Source: an uncultured Candidatus Saccharibacteria bacterium
Lineage (GTDB): Bacteria > Patescibacteriota > Minisyncoccia > Phycocordibacterales > DATDSR01
Assembly (NCBI GenBank): GCA_964348575.1
Contig: CAYGDD010000002.1
Coordinates: forward strand, 1 to 45,882
Length of the DNA: 45,882 bases
Direction: 5' to 3'
Below, piece by piece: positions 24,126-34,442 of the stretch. A program made the position numbers and the translations under genes. Position 1 is the stretch's first letter; every line of letters begins with the position of its first letter. Below the pieces are notes generated by a model. That model saw only the letters and a program-made list of their open reading frames with translations, had not been told where the DNA came from and made no database searches.

Positions 24126-25142
24126 ATGAACATTGCCTATGTGATAGCGGGGTTGCTTGTGGGTGGGATTGGGGCTTATTTGATCTTTAAGCCTAAGGAG
24201 GGGCAGGAGGATAAGAGAGAGGGGGAAAGGGAACTCACTCTCATCCAAAACCAACTTAATGCCTTAGCCGGCGTACTTCGTGATATGACTAAAGAAGTAG
24301 CAGGCGTACAAGCAACCAATCAGAGCGTGATTAAGGTGGCAGAGCAATTGCAAAGCTTGCAGAATGTTTTACAAAATCCCAAACAGCGCGGGGTACTAGG
24401 GGAGTACTATCTTGAGACTGTACTTAAGAACGTGCTCCCACCAGGTTCGTTCCAACTCCAGTATAAGTTTGCCAATGGCGAGATAGCCGATGCTGTAATA
24501 ATCCTAGGCAAAGACCCTTCCTCTGGTGGTAGGGCAGGCAAACTCTTGTCGGTGGATAGTAAGTTTAGCCTTGAGAACTATAACAGGATTATAGCTACTA
24601 ATGACCAAGCAGAGCGCGAGCGTTTGGAGAAGGTTTTTAAACAGGATTTGAAAAATAGGATAGATGAGACAGCTAAATATATCAGACCAAGTGAGGGCAC
24701 TATGGACTTTGCCTTCATGTTTATCCCATCAGAGGCGATCTACTATGACTTACTTATCAACCAAGTTGGAGCGGTTAAAACTAGCACAAGAGATCTGATA
24801 GAGTACGCTTTTCAAGATAAGAAGGTGATTATAGTTTCGCCTACATCATTTATGGCGTACCTTCAGACAGTACTCCAAGGCTTGCGCTCGCTACAGATTG
24901 AGGAGACAGCCAAGGATATCCAGAAGAGGGTGGGGGAGTTAGGTAGGCACTTGCTTAGCCACGACCAGTTTATGCAGTCATTGGGCAAGTCCTTGGGTAC
25001 GACAGTAAGTCACTATAACAAAGCTTCCCACGAACTTGCCAAAATAGATAAAGATGTACTAAGGATATCAGGCGAGGCCCCATCCGCCAGCCGACGGATA
25101 GGGCGCGAGACTCTAGACCTACCCCTCTCCCCAGGCCAGTAA
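24126..25142 (+). CDS. rmuC: DNA recombination protein RmuC
   Basis: 338 aa with an N-terminal TM helix, a coiled-coil, and RGVLGEYYLETVL...DSKFSLENY...MFIPSEAIYYD, typical of RmuC. TACAAT (24114-24119) lies 6 nt upstream of the ATG. Confidence 0.85.
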   Translation: MNIAYVIAGLLVGGIGAYLIFKPKEGQEDKREGERELTLIQNQLNALAGVLRDMTKEVAGVQATNQSVIKVAEQLQSLQNVLQNPKQRGVLGEYYLETVLKNVLPPGSFQLQYKFANGEIADAVIILGKDPSSGGRAGKLLSVDSKFSLENYNRIIATNDQAERERLEKVFKQDLKNRIDETAKYIRPSEGTMDFAFMFIPSEAIYYDLLINQVGAVKTSTRDLIEYAFQDKKVIIVSPTSFMAYLQTVLQGLRSLQIEETAKDIQKRVGELGRHLLSHDQFMQSLGKSLGTTVSHYNKASHELAKIDKDVLRISGEAPSASRRIGRETLDLPLSPGQ

Positions 25143-25186
25143 GGCGGGTTGCCAGAATAAGCTAGATTTGGTAGTATATCCTCACT

Positions 25187-25513
25187 ATGACAGCTAAACA
25201 GGCAAAATTCGCCGTTATCGCCACTGGGGGCAAGCAGTACAGAGTCTCGGAAGGGGATACTATTAGTGTTGAAAAGCTGGGTTTAAAGGTGGGAGGCAAA
25301 GTGACATTTGATAAAATAATTATGGTAGATGACGGCAGTACCACCCAGATTGGGGCACCCTACCTTGCTGGCGCCACTGTCACTGGGGAACTACTAAGTG
25401 AGAAGAAGGGGGACAAGGTCCTAGGAATGAAGTATAAAGCTAAGAGTAACTATAAGGTTAAGTACGGCCACAGACAGATTAAGGCGGAGGTTAAGATTAC
25501 AGCCATAAGGTAG
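25187..25513 (+). CDS. rplU: 50S ribosomal protein L21
   Basis: 108 aa with FAVIATGGKQYRVSEGDTISVEKL. TTGCCA-17-TAGTAT (25149-25177) ends 9 nt before the ATG. Confidence 0.93.
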   Translation: MTAKQAKFAVIATGGKQYRVSEGDTISVEKLGLKVGGKVTFDKIIMVDDGSTTQIGAPYLAGATVTGELLSEKKGDKVLGMKYKAKSNYKVKYGHRQIKAEVKITAIR

Positions 25514-25537
25514 ATTCTAGGAAGAAAAGAGCGGGGA

Positions 25538-26152
25538 TTATCTTCGATTTGTGATGGCACTTATGAGAGTGCTTCCATCCGAGTATTCGAGCTCCGTACC
25601 AGTCGAGAGGCCTCTACCCAGAGAGCTAAATTTAATTTTAGGCATATATTTGTTAACCAAGTGAGTTTCTAAATAATCTTGAGTGTTATCTCCTTGTCTG
25701 TTAGCAGAGAAGGCAAAAATAACTTCAGTTATCATATCGTCAGAATCCAATCTAGTTTTAAGTTGATTTATACGTATGGCTCGCTCTGGAGACTTCTCAA
25801 GGATCGGGAGTAGCCCTCCCATAATGAAGAAGAGGCCATTATATGTGCCAGACTTAGCTATGTTCTCGGCATCTACGTCCTTTTCCACAAGCATCAAGGT
25901 AGTTTGGTCTTTACTATCGTTACTGCACCGGATACAGGTGCTTGCCTTATTAAGTTTTGATTTAAGATGATACGCGTAGCATCTGTTGCATTGAGTGACT
26001 GACTCTTTGAGCTCATTCAAACTACTGGTGAGGCTATTGATGTAGTTAGCCTCGCGCGTAAGTAAGTAGTGCACGAAGCGCCTAGCTTGTCTGGGGCCAA
26101 TACCTGGGAATTCGCGAAAGAGCTCCGTGAGCTTATCTAGAGCACTTGTCAT
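25538..26152 (-). CDS. recR: Recombination protein RecR
   Basis: 204 aa with LTELFREFPGIGPRQARRFVHYLL (HhH), a C4 zinc finger (CNRC...CIRC) and a Toprim domain. Confidence 0.92.
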   Translation of the reverse strand: MTSALDKLTELFREFPGIGPRQARRFVHYLLTREANYINSLTSSLNELKESVTQCNRCYAYHLKSKLNKASTCIRCSNDSKDQTTLMLVEKDVDAENIAKSGTYNGLFFIMGGLLPILEKSPERAIRINQLKTRLDSDDMITEVIFAFSANRQGDNTQDYLETHLVNKYMPKIKFSSLGRGLSTGTELEYSDGSTLISAITNRR

Positions 26153-26154
26153 AA

Positions 26155-27504
26155 TTAGAACTCACCAAAGTTAGAATTGGCAACAGGAGAGAAGGTCACT
26201 CGCTGTTCATCGAAGTAGAGCTTCACAGTTCCGGTCGGGCCATTTCGGTGTTTCTCAATCATTATATCAGCCATATTAGACCTGCGAGAACCTTCGTTAT
26301 TATCCTTCTCATCTCGGTGGATAAACATTACCACATCGGCATCCTGCTCGATCGAGCCTGAGTCGCGGAGGTCCGAGAGCTTGGGCTTGCCCCCCCGTTG
26401 CTCTACATTACGATTAAGCTGTGATAGGGCTAGGACAGGTACATCTAACTCGCGCGCTAGTGCCTTAAGGGAGCGACTTATTTCGGAGACTTGCTGGACC
26501 ATAGACTCAAAGTTGCGTCTTGGTACTAAGAGTTGGAGGTAGTCTACGACAATCAAGCCTAGATTGTGTTCAGCCTTAAGCTTACGCGAGACCCCCTTCA
26601 TACGCATAATATCAATATAGGAATCATCGTCGATAAAGATAGGTGCTTGAGCTAGTTTGTCTAGAGAGTCGCGTATGCGGGCGAAGTCCTCTTCGGCCGA
26701 GAGCTTGCCGGTGCGCAACTTCCACGAGTCCACACGCGATTCTGAGGCGAGCATTCGATCCACTAACTGAGCTGAGCTCATCTCAAGTGAGAAGATGCCC
26801 ACAGTGGTGCCGTACTTAAGGGCAGTGTTGCGTGCGATATCAAGAGCCAGAGAGGTCTTGCCCATTCCCGGCCGAGCAGCCAGGATTATTAGGTCTGACT
26901 TCTGCAAACCGGCGAGCTTGTGATCCAGATCGTCAAAGCCTGTGCGTATACCCCTGATCTCATCCTTGCTCTTATGTAGTCGCTCAATCCTCTCCCAAGC
27001 ATCGGCGAGGGTATCCTTGAGGGATGTAAACTTGTGTTTGCTGTAACTGGCCACATCCATTAGCTTCTTGCCGGCTTTATCTAGGATACTGTCAAACTCG
27101 GCCGACGGGTCATAGGACATTTCGGTAATGTGGTCAGCGGCGTAGATAAGATTACGCAGAGTGTGCTTACGTTGCACAATCTCGGCATAATGTAAGATGT
27201 TAGAGGCACTAGGCACAGCACCCACAAGCTCGGTAAGGTACGTTGCGCCACCCACCTTGTCTAGCTTGCTCATGGCAGTAAGCTTGGAGGAGAGCGAGAG
27301 TAAGTCTATGGGCTCGCTCTTATTGTAGAGTTCGAGCATGCCGGCGAATATATAGTTATGCTTCTCCACGTAGAAGGCCCCCTTCTCCACGACATCAAGA
27401 GTGCTGGCAAACATGGAGGGTTCCAACATAATAGAACCAAGTAAGGCCTTCTCGGCCTCAATATCCTGTGGAGGTAAACGCATTCCTGCCTTAACGACTG
27501 CCAT
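26155..27504 (-). CDS. dnaB: Replicative DNA helicase DnaB
   Basis: I chose the start at Met26 of the tracked ORF (ATG at 27504) because it removes the overlap with cysS and gives the canonical PPQDIEAEKALLGSIML N-terminus. The Walker A motif is ARPGMGKTS. Confidence 0.9.
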   Translation of the reverse strand: MAVVKAGMRLPPQDIEAEKALLGSIMLEPSMFASTLDVVEKGAFYVEKHNYIFAGMLELYNKSEPIDLLSLSSKLTAMSKLDKVGGATYLTELVGAVPSASNILHYAEIVQRKHTLRNLIYAADHITEMSYDPSAEFDSILDKAGKKLMDVASYSKHKFTSLKDTLADAWERIERLHKSKDEIRGIRTGFDDLDHKLAGLQKSDLIILAARPGMGKTSLALDIARNTALKYGTTVGIFSLEMSSAQLVDRMLASESRVDSWKLRTGKLSAEEDFARIRDSLDKLAQAPIFIDDDSYIDIMRMKGVSRKLKAEHNLGLIVVDYLQLLVPRRNFESMVQQVSEISRSLKALARELDVPVLALSQLNRNVEQRGGKPKLSDLRDSGSIEQDADVVMFIHRDEKDNNEGSRRSNMADIMIEKHRNGPTGTVKLYFDEQRVTFSPVANSNFGEF

Positions 27505-27517
27505 AGGCTCTATTCTA

Positions 27518-28918
27518 TCACACCGGAGATAAGCTCGGTCCGTCGTCAGTATCAAGGACATGGTAGCCCAAATTTTCAATCTTAGCCCTAATTTCGTCAG
27601 CTCTTCCCCAGTCTTTCCCCAGTCTAGCTACTTCGCGTTCTGCTACTAGCTTGCTCACACTGGTGGGGATATCGGCGAGGTTCTTTCTTAGTTTCTCTAC
27701 GGCCTCCTTAAGACCAAGACCGAGGACCTTATCGAACTCATACACAAGAGTAGGGGAGTGGACACTCTTCCACAGGACAGCCAGAGCTTGGGGAGTGTTA
27801 AGATCATCTGCCATAGCCGAGTCAAACTCCTGCCTCAACTTGTGCACTGGAGGAGGACCGTCCTCCTCCAGATGGTGGATAAGCTGGCGGACTAGTTTGT
27901 TGTAAGATATTTGAGCACTTTCTAGTGCTTGCCAGGTGAAGTTGAGCTGTTGTCTGTAGTGCGTCCCCAGGTATAGGTAACGTAGTCCAAGTGCAGAGAA
28001 GCCACGCTTTTCAATATCATCTAGGGTATACAGATTGCCGAGGGATTTGCTCATCTTAGTGCCATCTACGGTGAGGAAGTTGTTGTGTAGCCAATAATTA
28101 ACAACCTTGCGTCCGTAGCGGGCCACGTTTTGCGCTACTTCGTTGGTGTGATGCACGGGTATGTGATCTATGCCCCCCGTGTGAATATCAAAGTGGTCGC
28201 CAAGGAGCTTGGTACTAATAGCAGAGCACTCTATGTGCCAGCCCGGGAAGCCGACTCCCCACGGGCTTGGCCACTCCATCGCTCGGCGTCCTTCCCGAGG
28301 GGAAAACTTCCACAGAGCGAAGTCACTCTTGTTCTTCTTTTCTTTATTCTCTTCCACCCGGGCACCAGCCTTCTGCCCCACTAGGTCAAGCTTAGCAAAG
28401 TCGGCATAGCTAGCAAGTTTGCCAGTATCAAAATAAATACCGTCCAGTGTTCTATAAGCATAGCCTTTCTTCTCTAGCTCTTGGATAAACTCGATCTGTT
28501 CGGGTATATATTTTGTAGCGGGAGCAAGTACATCTGGCATTAGTACATTACTCTTCTTCATATCTCTAACAAATAGATCTGTGTAGAACTTGGCAATCTC
28601 CCAGACATTCTTACCCACTTTGCGTGCCCCCACTTCCATCTTGTCTTCACCCACGTCACCATCGCCCACCAAGTGTCCCACGTCAGTAATATTCTCAATA
28701 TGCTTTACCTCATATCTCACACTACTCCCACTATCTCCTGTGTCCCCATACATGAGAGCCCGCTTTAAAACATCAGCAAATATGTAAGAGCGTAGATTAC
28801 CTATGTGAGCGTAATCGTAAACAGTAAAACCACAAGTATAGATACTAGCCTTACCTGCCACAATAGGCATAAATGTCTCCTTCTCCCGCGTGAGAGTATT
28901 GTAAAGTTTAATGTCCAT
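27518..28918 (-). CDS. cysS: Cysteinyl-tRNA synthetase
   Basis: 466 aa with HIGN (HIGH) and KMSKS motifs and the GFPGWHIECSA zinc site. TATAAT (28927-28932, minus strand) lies 8 nt upstream of the ATG. Confidence 0.93.
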   Translation of the reverse strand: MDIKLYNTLTREKETFMPIVAGKASIYTCGFTVYDYAHIGNLRSYIFADVLKRALMYGDTGDSGSSVRYEVKHIENITDVGHLVGDGDVGEDKMEVGARKVGKNVWEIAKFYTDLFVRDMKKSNVLMPDVLAPATKYIPEQIEFIQELEKKGYAYRTLDGIYFDTGKLASYADFAKLDLVGQKAGARVEENKEKKNKSDFALWKFSPREGRRAMEWPSPWGVGFPGWHIECSAISTKLLGDHFDIHTGGIDHIPVHHTNEVAQNVARYGRKVVNYWLHNNFLTVDGTKMSKSLGNLYTLDDIEKRGFSALGLRYLYLGTHYRQQLNFTWQALESAQISYNKLVRQLIHHLEEDGPPPVHKLRQEFDSAMADDLNTPQALAVLWKSVHSPTLVYEFDKVLGLGLKEAVEKLRKNLADIPTSVSKLVAEREVARLGKDWGRADEIRAKIENLGYHVLDTDDGPSLSPV

Positions 28919-28976
28919 ATCATAATATTATAATCTGCCCACCCAACATATACCAGTTTATGCTATTATAGTCTCT

Positions 28977-30206
28977 ATGCGTAGATTAGGCTCATTTTTA
29001 TTTACCTTTGCTTTACTTGGGGTGGGCTTCTTGGTTGGGCGTTTTAGCGTCTTGCCAGTTGAGAGACTCTATGGTGTAGCTGGGATAGATGTTGAGCTAC
29101 CTGAGAAGGTAGACTTTTCGCCTGTCTGGGCTACTTGGACAGCCCTTAACGATAAGTTCGTCCCTGCAGATGTGTCTAGCACATCTCTAGAGCGAGCTAA
29201 CCTCTTTACTCAAGATATGGTTTGGGGGGCAGCTACTGGCTTGGCTGGCGCGCTAGGGGACCCATATACGGCCTTCTTCCCACCCAAGGAGACAGAAATT
29301 TTCAAAAGTGAGATAAGCGGTAACTTTGATGGGGTGGGGATGGAGATAGGGATTACAGATGAAGTCCTGACAGTAGTAGCTCCTCTTGAGGGCTCGCCAG
29401 CCAAGAAGGCCGGCATCCTAGCAGGGGATAAAATTTTAGAAATTGATGGGGTAACAACTACTGGCCTGCGAGTAGATGAAGCGGTCTCCAAGATTCGTGG
29501 CAGGCGGGGGACTGTGGTAGCCCTAACGATCCTCCGCACATCAGAGGGGATACCCCGCAAGCTTAGCATAACGCGTGCGGTAATAGATCTACCAATAGTT
29601 AAGACTGAAGAGATTAGCGATGATAGAGGTAACGTATTTATAATCAGATTATATGCCTTCTCTGAGACTTCACCAGGCCTATTCCGTGATGCTCTACAAA
29701 GATTTGTTAATACCGGAGATAATAAACTCATCATAGACCTAAGGTCTAATCCGGGGGGCTATCTTGAAGCAGCCGTAGATATGGCTAGTTGGTTCTTGCC
29801 TGAGGGTAAGCCTGTGGTAAGAGAGTATTTCGGCAAGTCCAAGCCAGAATTAGTTCACCGCAGTAAGGGCTATGACATCTTTAACGATAATCTCAAACTC
29901 GTTATCCTAGTAGATGGCGGTAGCGCTTCGGCTTCCGAGATTCTAGCCGGGGCTCTGCGCGAGCACGACAAGGCAGTGTTGGTAGGTACGAAGACCTTTG
30001 GTAAAGGCTCGGTACAAGAGCTAGTAGAGATTGGCGGAGGCACTTCTCTTAAGGTCACTGTGGCACGCTGGCTAACTCCCCTAGGTGAGTCTATCTCACA
30101 GAAGGGGCTCGAACCGGACTATAAGGTAAACGTAACTGAGGAAGATATTAAGAATAAGTTTGATGCTGCACAATTTAAAGCTCTAGAATTAATCCACACA
30201 ATATGA
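28977..30206 (+). CDS. ctpA: C-terminal processing (S41) peptidase with PDZ domain
   Basis: 409 aa with an N-terminal anchor, a PDZ segment ([20 protein letters not shown]), the catalytic [13 protein letters not shown] motif and TFGKGSVQ. Confidence 0.88.
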   Translation: MRRLGSFLFTFALLGVGFLVGRFSVLPVERLYGVAGIDVELPEKVDFSPVWATWTALNDKFVPADVSSTSLERANLFTQDMVWGAATGLAGALGDPYTAFFPPKETEIFKSEISGNFDGVGMEIGITDEVLTVVAPLEGSPAKKAGILAGDKILEIDGVTTTGLRVDEAVSKIRGRRGTVVALTILRTSEGIPRKLSITRAVIDLPIVKTEEISDDRGNVFIIRLYAFSETSPGLFRDALQRFVNTGDNKLIIDLRSNPGGYLEAAVDMASWFLPEGKPVVREYFGKSKPELVHRSKGYDIFNDNLKLVILVDGGSASASEILAGALREHDKAVLVGTKTFGKGSVQELVEIGGGTSLKVTVARWLTPLGESISQKGLEPDYKVNVTEEDIKNKFDAAQFKALELIHTI

Positions 30207-30673
30207 AGGTAATATTTATCAAAGATGTTAAAGGGCTAGGCAGGGTCGGCGAAGTCGCCCAAGTGGCCGATGGATACGCTAGCAACTTTCTTATGCCCAA
30301 AGGCTTGGCCAAACCATACTCTAGTACTGAGGCTAAGAAGATAGAACAAATAGAAGTGTTAAGGCAGAAGCACGCACAGGACCAGGAACAGGTTTTTGCC
30401 AAGCTAGCAAAGTATCTAGAGAGCAAAGTTATTTCAGTAAGTCGTAGAGCTAACGAGAAGGGAGTTCTATTCGCCTCTATCACAGGTCACGACATCTTCA
30501 CTCTACTTTCCCGGGAACTTAGTCAGGATCCAGAGTTAACAAAAGCCCTTGGTCATCTCAAAGAGAGTAGCATAATCCTAGACGAACATATTAAGTCTGT
30601 GGGTAAATATAAAGTCCCAATTAAATTAGGACCCTCAAAAAGAGATATTAATCTCCAAATTCTCGCGGAGTGA
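30203..30673 (+). CDS. rplI: 50S ribosomal protein L9
   Basis: 156 aa with [36 protein letters not shown]. Confidence 0.92.
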   Translation: MKVIFIKDVKGLGRVGEVAQVADGYASNFLMPKGLAKPYSSTEAKKIEQIEVLRQKHAQDQEQVFAKLAKYLESKVISVSRRANEKGVLFASITGHDIFTLLSRELSQDPELTKALGHLKESSIILDEHIKSVGKYKVPIKLGPSKRDINLQILAE

Positions 30674-30946
30674 TTAGCCCACGTTGACCTTGGATAGGAC
30701 CTTGCGCTTACCTGTGAAGTCAGTTTTGGTCTTGTTGGCAAAGGTAATAACACCAGCCCGAAGTGCAAAGAGAGTGTGATCTCGGCCTAAGCCTACGTTC
30801 CGACCGGGGAGGTAGCGAGTGCCTCTCTGCCTGACTATTATAGAGCCAGCCTTAGCTAGCGAGCCATCTGCAAGTTTAACCCCGAGATACTTTGGGTTTG
30901 AGTCGCGTAAATTCTTTGTTGATCCACCTGCCTTTTTATGTGCCAT
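30674..30946 (-). CDS. rpmA: 50S ribosomal protein L27
   Basis: 90 aa with [24 protein letters not shown]. Confidence 0.93.
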   Translation of the reverse strand: MAHKKAGGSTKNLRDSNPKYLGVKLADGSLAKAGSIIVRQRGTRYLPGRNVGLGRDHTLFALRAGVITFANKTKTDFTGKRKVLSKVNVG

Positions 30947-31009
30947 ATATTATTAGGTAATAGATGTTAGTTGTTGGGTACTACGATATAATACAGAAGA
31001 TACAAAAAT

Positions 31010-31390
31010 ATGCAAGAGCGTCTAAAGAGTCTGTTTACCCCACTTGTTATCCTGTTAGCCCTGCTACTGGCCTTTGGCCTTGGGCGCCTAACTAAGATCC
31101 AAGAGGCCGAGCCCGTCCTAACAATTAGCAACACGCAAACTAACACAAGTCAAGGGGATACAAAGCCAGTGGTAAGCCAAGGAAGAGGGGGTGGGGGAGT
31201 CCTAGGAGCAGAGACCGCCACTAATCCAAATCTTGGGAAGTATGTGGGTTCTAAATCAGGCACAAAATATCACTATCCATGGTGCTCTGGGGCGAAGAGG
31301 ATTAATGAGGCTAACAAGATTTGGTTCCAAACTATTGCCGAGGCAGAGACGAGAGGGTATAGCAAGGCAGCTAACTGCCCTGGTCTATAA
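31010..31390 (+). CDS. Membrane-anchored protein with a C-terminal Ada-like/sunset-type Cys-containing domain
   Basis: 126 aa with an N-terminal TM helix. The C-terminal GTKYHYPWCSGAKRINEANKIWFQTIAEAETRGYSKAANC resembles the small YH-x3-C ... C metal-binding module. Confidence 0.5.
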   Translation: MQERLKSLFTPLVILLALLLAFGLGRLTKIQEAEPVLTISNTQTNTSQGDTKPVVSQGRGGGGVLGAETATNPNLGKYVGSKSGTKYHYPWCSGAKRINEANKIWFQTIAEAETRGYSKAANCPGL

Positions 31391-31434
31391 TGGGATCCGT
31401 GTTGTAATATAGGTAGGTGTGGATAACTATAGTA

Positions 31435-31462
31435 ACGTCGCACAAGATACCTTTTGCGACGT
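31435..31462. terminator. Hairpin between convergent genes
   Basis: ACGTCGCA (31435-31442) pairs with TGCGACGT (31455-31462) around a 12-nt loop. There is no clear T-run on either strand. Confidence 0.35.
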
Positions 31463-31490
31463 AGGTTCTAATAACAGGGCAATTAACTAA

Positions 31491-31784
31491 CTAACCCGGA
31501 GGTAAAACTCTACCAGATTCTAGCTTGGTCTTTAGTCCCCCAAGGAATTCTCCTGTCATGAAGGGTACGGCGTAGTTAGTCCAAAAGCGGACTATAGGTC
31601 CCCTTATGTAATCCGTCCACGCAATTTTACCAGTCTCTACAATTAGGCTTACGTTGCCCCGCAGAGCGCTGTCAGAGTCAGAATCTATGTAGCCCCTCAA
31701 GTTAACCTTAAGTAAGCTAAGTATAATAACTAAGATGACAACTATCATGATGAAGTTAATGATACCCTTATTTGCCGGTCGCAT
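31491..31784 (-). CDS. Small membrane protein, unknown function
   Basis: 97 aa with one N-terminal TM helix (IINFIMIVVILVIILSLL), lying in an operon directly downstream of the M23 peptidase gene. Confidence 0.5.
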   Translation of the reverse strand: MRPANKGIINFIMIVVILVIILSLLKVNLRGYIDSDSDSALRGNVSLIVETGKIAWTDYIRGPIVRFWTNYAVPFMTGEFLGGLKTKLESGRVLPPG

Positions 31785-31806
31785 ATATTACTACAAGTAT
31801 ATATTA

Positions 31807-33093
31807 CTACAAGTATAGCATTGGATTAAGGTAGCCACTAAGGGGCGAGACGGGCATAGGCGGACACTTACTAGGAGTACCTCCAGGTTTAGTTAGCTGA
31901 CGTATTTGGACACCTTCAGTGGCATAGACGGTAAAGTGCAGGTGAGGTCCTGTTGAGTAGCCAGTATTGCCAGAGTAACCTATAACGTCATGTGGAGAGA
32001 CCTGCTCTCCATCGCTTACTCTAACAAGTGATAAATGGGCGTATAGCGTGCTTAGGCCGTTATTGTGATCAATCAGTATCCATTTACCATAAGAGCCTCC
32101 CGGACAACCCGTATCAGTATCACCGGTTGTACGTACTAGACCAGATCTAGCTGATAGCACTGGCGTACCAATAGGTGCCCCCATATCAATGCCGTTATGT
32201 CCGGCCCCATTGTAGGGAGATAGGCTAGATCTAGAGAACTCTGTGTTGCCAAAGTTTTGGGTTACGACTATTTTAGATAGTGGCCAAGAGAGCACACCAC
32301 TGCCGGGTTTAGGTAGTTTGGTAAAGTCAAGATCTGACTTAAGTTGGAGTTCAAAGGCGCGCAGTTCCCTTTCCACTAATTCCTTTTCGGCTAGCTTCCT
32401 AGCGAGCAGACTTTTATAATTGGACTCCTTGTTCTTTGTCTCTACTAAGATGGCACTCTTTTCGCGCTGATTCTCTAATAAAATCTTCTTTTGATCCGAC
32501 AACCTAGTCTTAAGGGCAAGTAACTCACTTTTGGCTCTCTCTTCGGCCTGCTTATTGCTATCAAGCTTTTGCCTTGCGTTGGCAAGCCTGTCCATATCTA
32601 GGCGTAAGCTCGCTTGCAGACGCTCTTGGGTGTAGGCCAAGTCAGCCGTCTCAGAGAGCGAATTAACAGAAAGGACTATCTCCTGCCAGGTATCATCAAG
32701 AGAGGCTTGGAGTTGGCGGAGAGAACTTGCCAAGGCCTGTGACCTACGCCCTATGGTGTTGTCATGGTCTTCTATTTGCACGCCTAGGCTTAGGATAACT
32801 AGATTAGTATTGACAATCCTAGTCTCTGTAAGTGATGACTCTGACTCAAGTCGCTTCTTGTTGATCTCTAATATCTTTAGGGCGTTGTTTAAGGTATCCT
32901 TCTCTTTGCCTGTCTTAATTAGCTCTCCTTCATATTGAGCGATCTCTTTCTCTATCTCAGTAATCCTACTTTGGGAAGCACCTATTCTATCGGTTAATGA
33001 TTGCGCATGTATTGTATTGGTAATGGCACCCGATATAACTATCCCTAGCACGGCAAGTAAAAAAATACTGTTAAGTCTAGGGTGTGGTCGCAT
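31807..33093 (-). CDS. Coiled-coil M23 family metallopeptidase (EnvC-like murein hydrolase/activator)
   Basis: 428 aa with a signal anchor, a long coiled-coil and a C-terminal HNGIDMGAP...DHNNGLSTLYAHLS...GNTGYSTGPHLHF LytM domain. Confidence 0.88.
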   Translation of the reverse strand: MRPHPRLNSIFLLAVLGIVISGAITNTIHAQSLTDRIGASQSRITEIEKEIAQYEGELIKTGKEKDTLNNALKILEINKKRLESESSLTETRIVNTNLVILSLGVQIEDHDNTIGRRSQALASSLRQLQASLDDTWQEIVLSVNSLSETADLAYTQERLQASLRLDMDRLANARQKLDSNKQAEERAKSELLALKTRLSDQKKILLENQREKSAILVETKNKESNYKSLLARKLAEKELVERELRAFELQLKSDLDFTKLPKPGSGVLSWPLSKIVVTQNFGNTEFSRSSLSPYNGAGHNGIDMGAPIGTPVLSARSGLVRTTGDTDTGCPGGSYGKWILIDHNNGLSTLYAHLSLVRVSDGEQVSPHDVIGYSGNTGYSTGPHLHFTVYATEGVQIRQLTKPGGTPSKCPPMPVSPLSGYLNPMLYL

Positions 33094-33101
33094 AGTACTA
33101 A

Positions 33102-34442
33102 CTATTTTAGCACATCAAGAGCTAATCTGATTCTAGCCCTTGACTCATCATTACCGAGCATTGTGACGAGGGCAAAGGGGTCTGGGGACTTCTCCTTGCC
33201 TGATAGGGCTACGCGCATAGGCCACAGGACCTTACCCTTACCATTTTGTTCTGCATAAGGCCACACTACCTCCCTATTTGTGCCATTTGACATAATCCAC
33301 TCAAGATGTTGTTTAATCTCATGCTCTATAGCCCCAGACTTCCCTATCAGAAGTTCCTTTGTTACTGCTGGAGCGTTAAGCAAGAAGTCTAATTCTCCCC
33401 ATTTTGCTTGATTAGTTTCTGTTTTTTCTGTTTTGCCGAGCAAAACTGGAATATCACCAAACTTGTCTATACGCTCAAGTAACATAGGTATGTACCTCGA
33501 AATCCCAGGTTGTTCGACGCCGAGCGTCGAACAATAGGTCAAAGCTCGCTTAGTCAGTTCATCCTCTGACAATAGCTTCATGTACTCTCGGTTAAACCAA
33601 TCTAGTTTAACAGGATCAAGTATGGCCCCGCTCTTGCCTATTCGCTCTAGTTCAAAGTGCTCTATAATTTCTGACAAAGTAAACATCTCGCGATCATCCT
33701 TGGGGTGCCACACAAGTAGCAAGCAGAAGTTGAGCACTGCCTCTGGCAAGTAGCCCTGCTTCCGGTACTCGCGAATACCCACCGCACCATTACGTTTTCC
33801 CATTTTCTGGCGATTGGCACCCAACACAAATGGGTAGTGAGCATATATTGGTCGTGGCGCGCCGATAGCCTCCTGAATGAGTATTTGCCTGGGAGTATTT
33901 GCTATGCCGTCCTCCCCTCTTATTATGTGTGTTACGCCCATCTCGAAGTCATCCACTACCACTGTGAGATGATAGAGTGGCGAGTTTATGTCGCGGGCTA
34001 TAACGAAGTCTTTAAGATCCGTTGTGTCAACACTAATCTCTCCCCTCGCCATATCAGTGAAAGTTACAATCTTATTTTGATTGCGCAATCTCACTACATC
34101 ACGTACTGGCCCCTCGGACCCATCTTCATTTATCTTCTTCTCATTGCTTATGTAGGCCTTATCTGATTCGATAAGCTTCTGAATATATGCCTTATAAATA
34201 TCTAGCCTATCTGTCTGCCGGGCAAACTCGTCTGCCTCGATACCCAACCACTTAAGATCGTCTTTTATTGCTGCTTCAAACTCGGGCTTAGATCTTGTAG
34301 GATCAGTGTCCTCACTTCGCATAATTACCTTGCCGTTGTTTTGTCGTGCGTAGACATAATTTAGGAGTGCGTACATAGCAGTACCCAGGTGTGGAAAGCC
34401 GGTGGGGCTAGGAGCAAACCTTGTTACGACTTTAGTGCTCAT
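33102..34442 (-). CDS. gltX: Glutamyl-tRNA synthetase
   Basis: 446 aa with RFAPSPTGFPHLGTA (HIGH-type) and KMGKRNG (KMSKS-type) motifs. Confidence 0.9.
   Translation of the reverse strand: MSTKVVTRFAPSPTGFPHLGTAMYALLNYVYARQNNGKVIMRSEDTDPTRSKPEFEAAIKDDLKWLGIEADEFARQTDRLDIYKAYIQKLIESDKAYISNEKKINEDGSEGPVRDVVRLRNQNKIVTFTDMARGEISVDTTDLKDFVIARDINSPLYHLTVVVDDFEMGVTHIIRGEDGIANTPRQILIQEAIGAPRPIYAHYPFVLGANRQKMGKRNGAVGIREYRKQGYLPEAVLNFCLLLVWHPKDDREMFTLSEIIEHFELERIGKSGAILDPVKLDWFNREYMKLLSEDELTKRALTYCSTLGVEQPGISRYIPMLLERIDKFGDIPVLLGKTEKTETNQAKWGELDFLLNAPAVTKELLIGKSGAIEHEIKQHLEWIMSNGTNREVVWPYAEQNGKGKVLWPMRVALSGKEKSPDPFALVTMLGNDESRARIRLALDVLK

Noticed and set aside
27505-27579. 25-aa N-terminal extension of DnaB overlapping the cysS 3' end.
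   Set aside because: The internal ATG at 27504 gives the canonical DnaB N-terminus and removes a 62-nt overlap with cysS.
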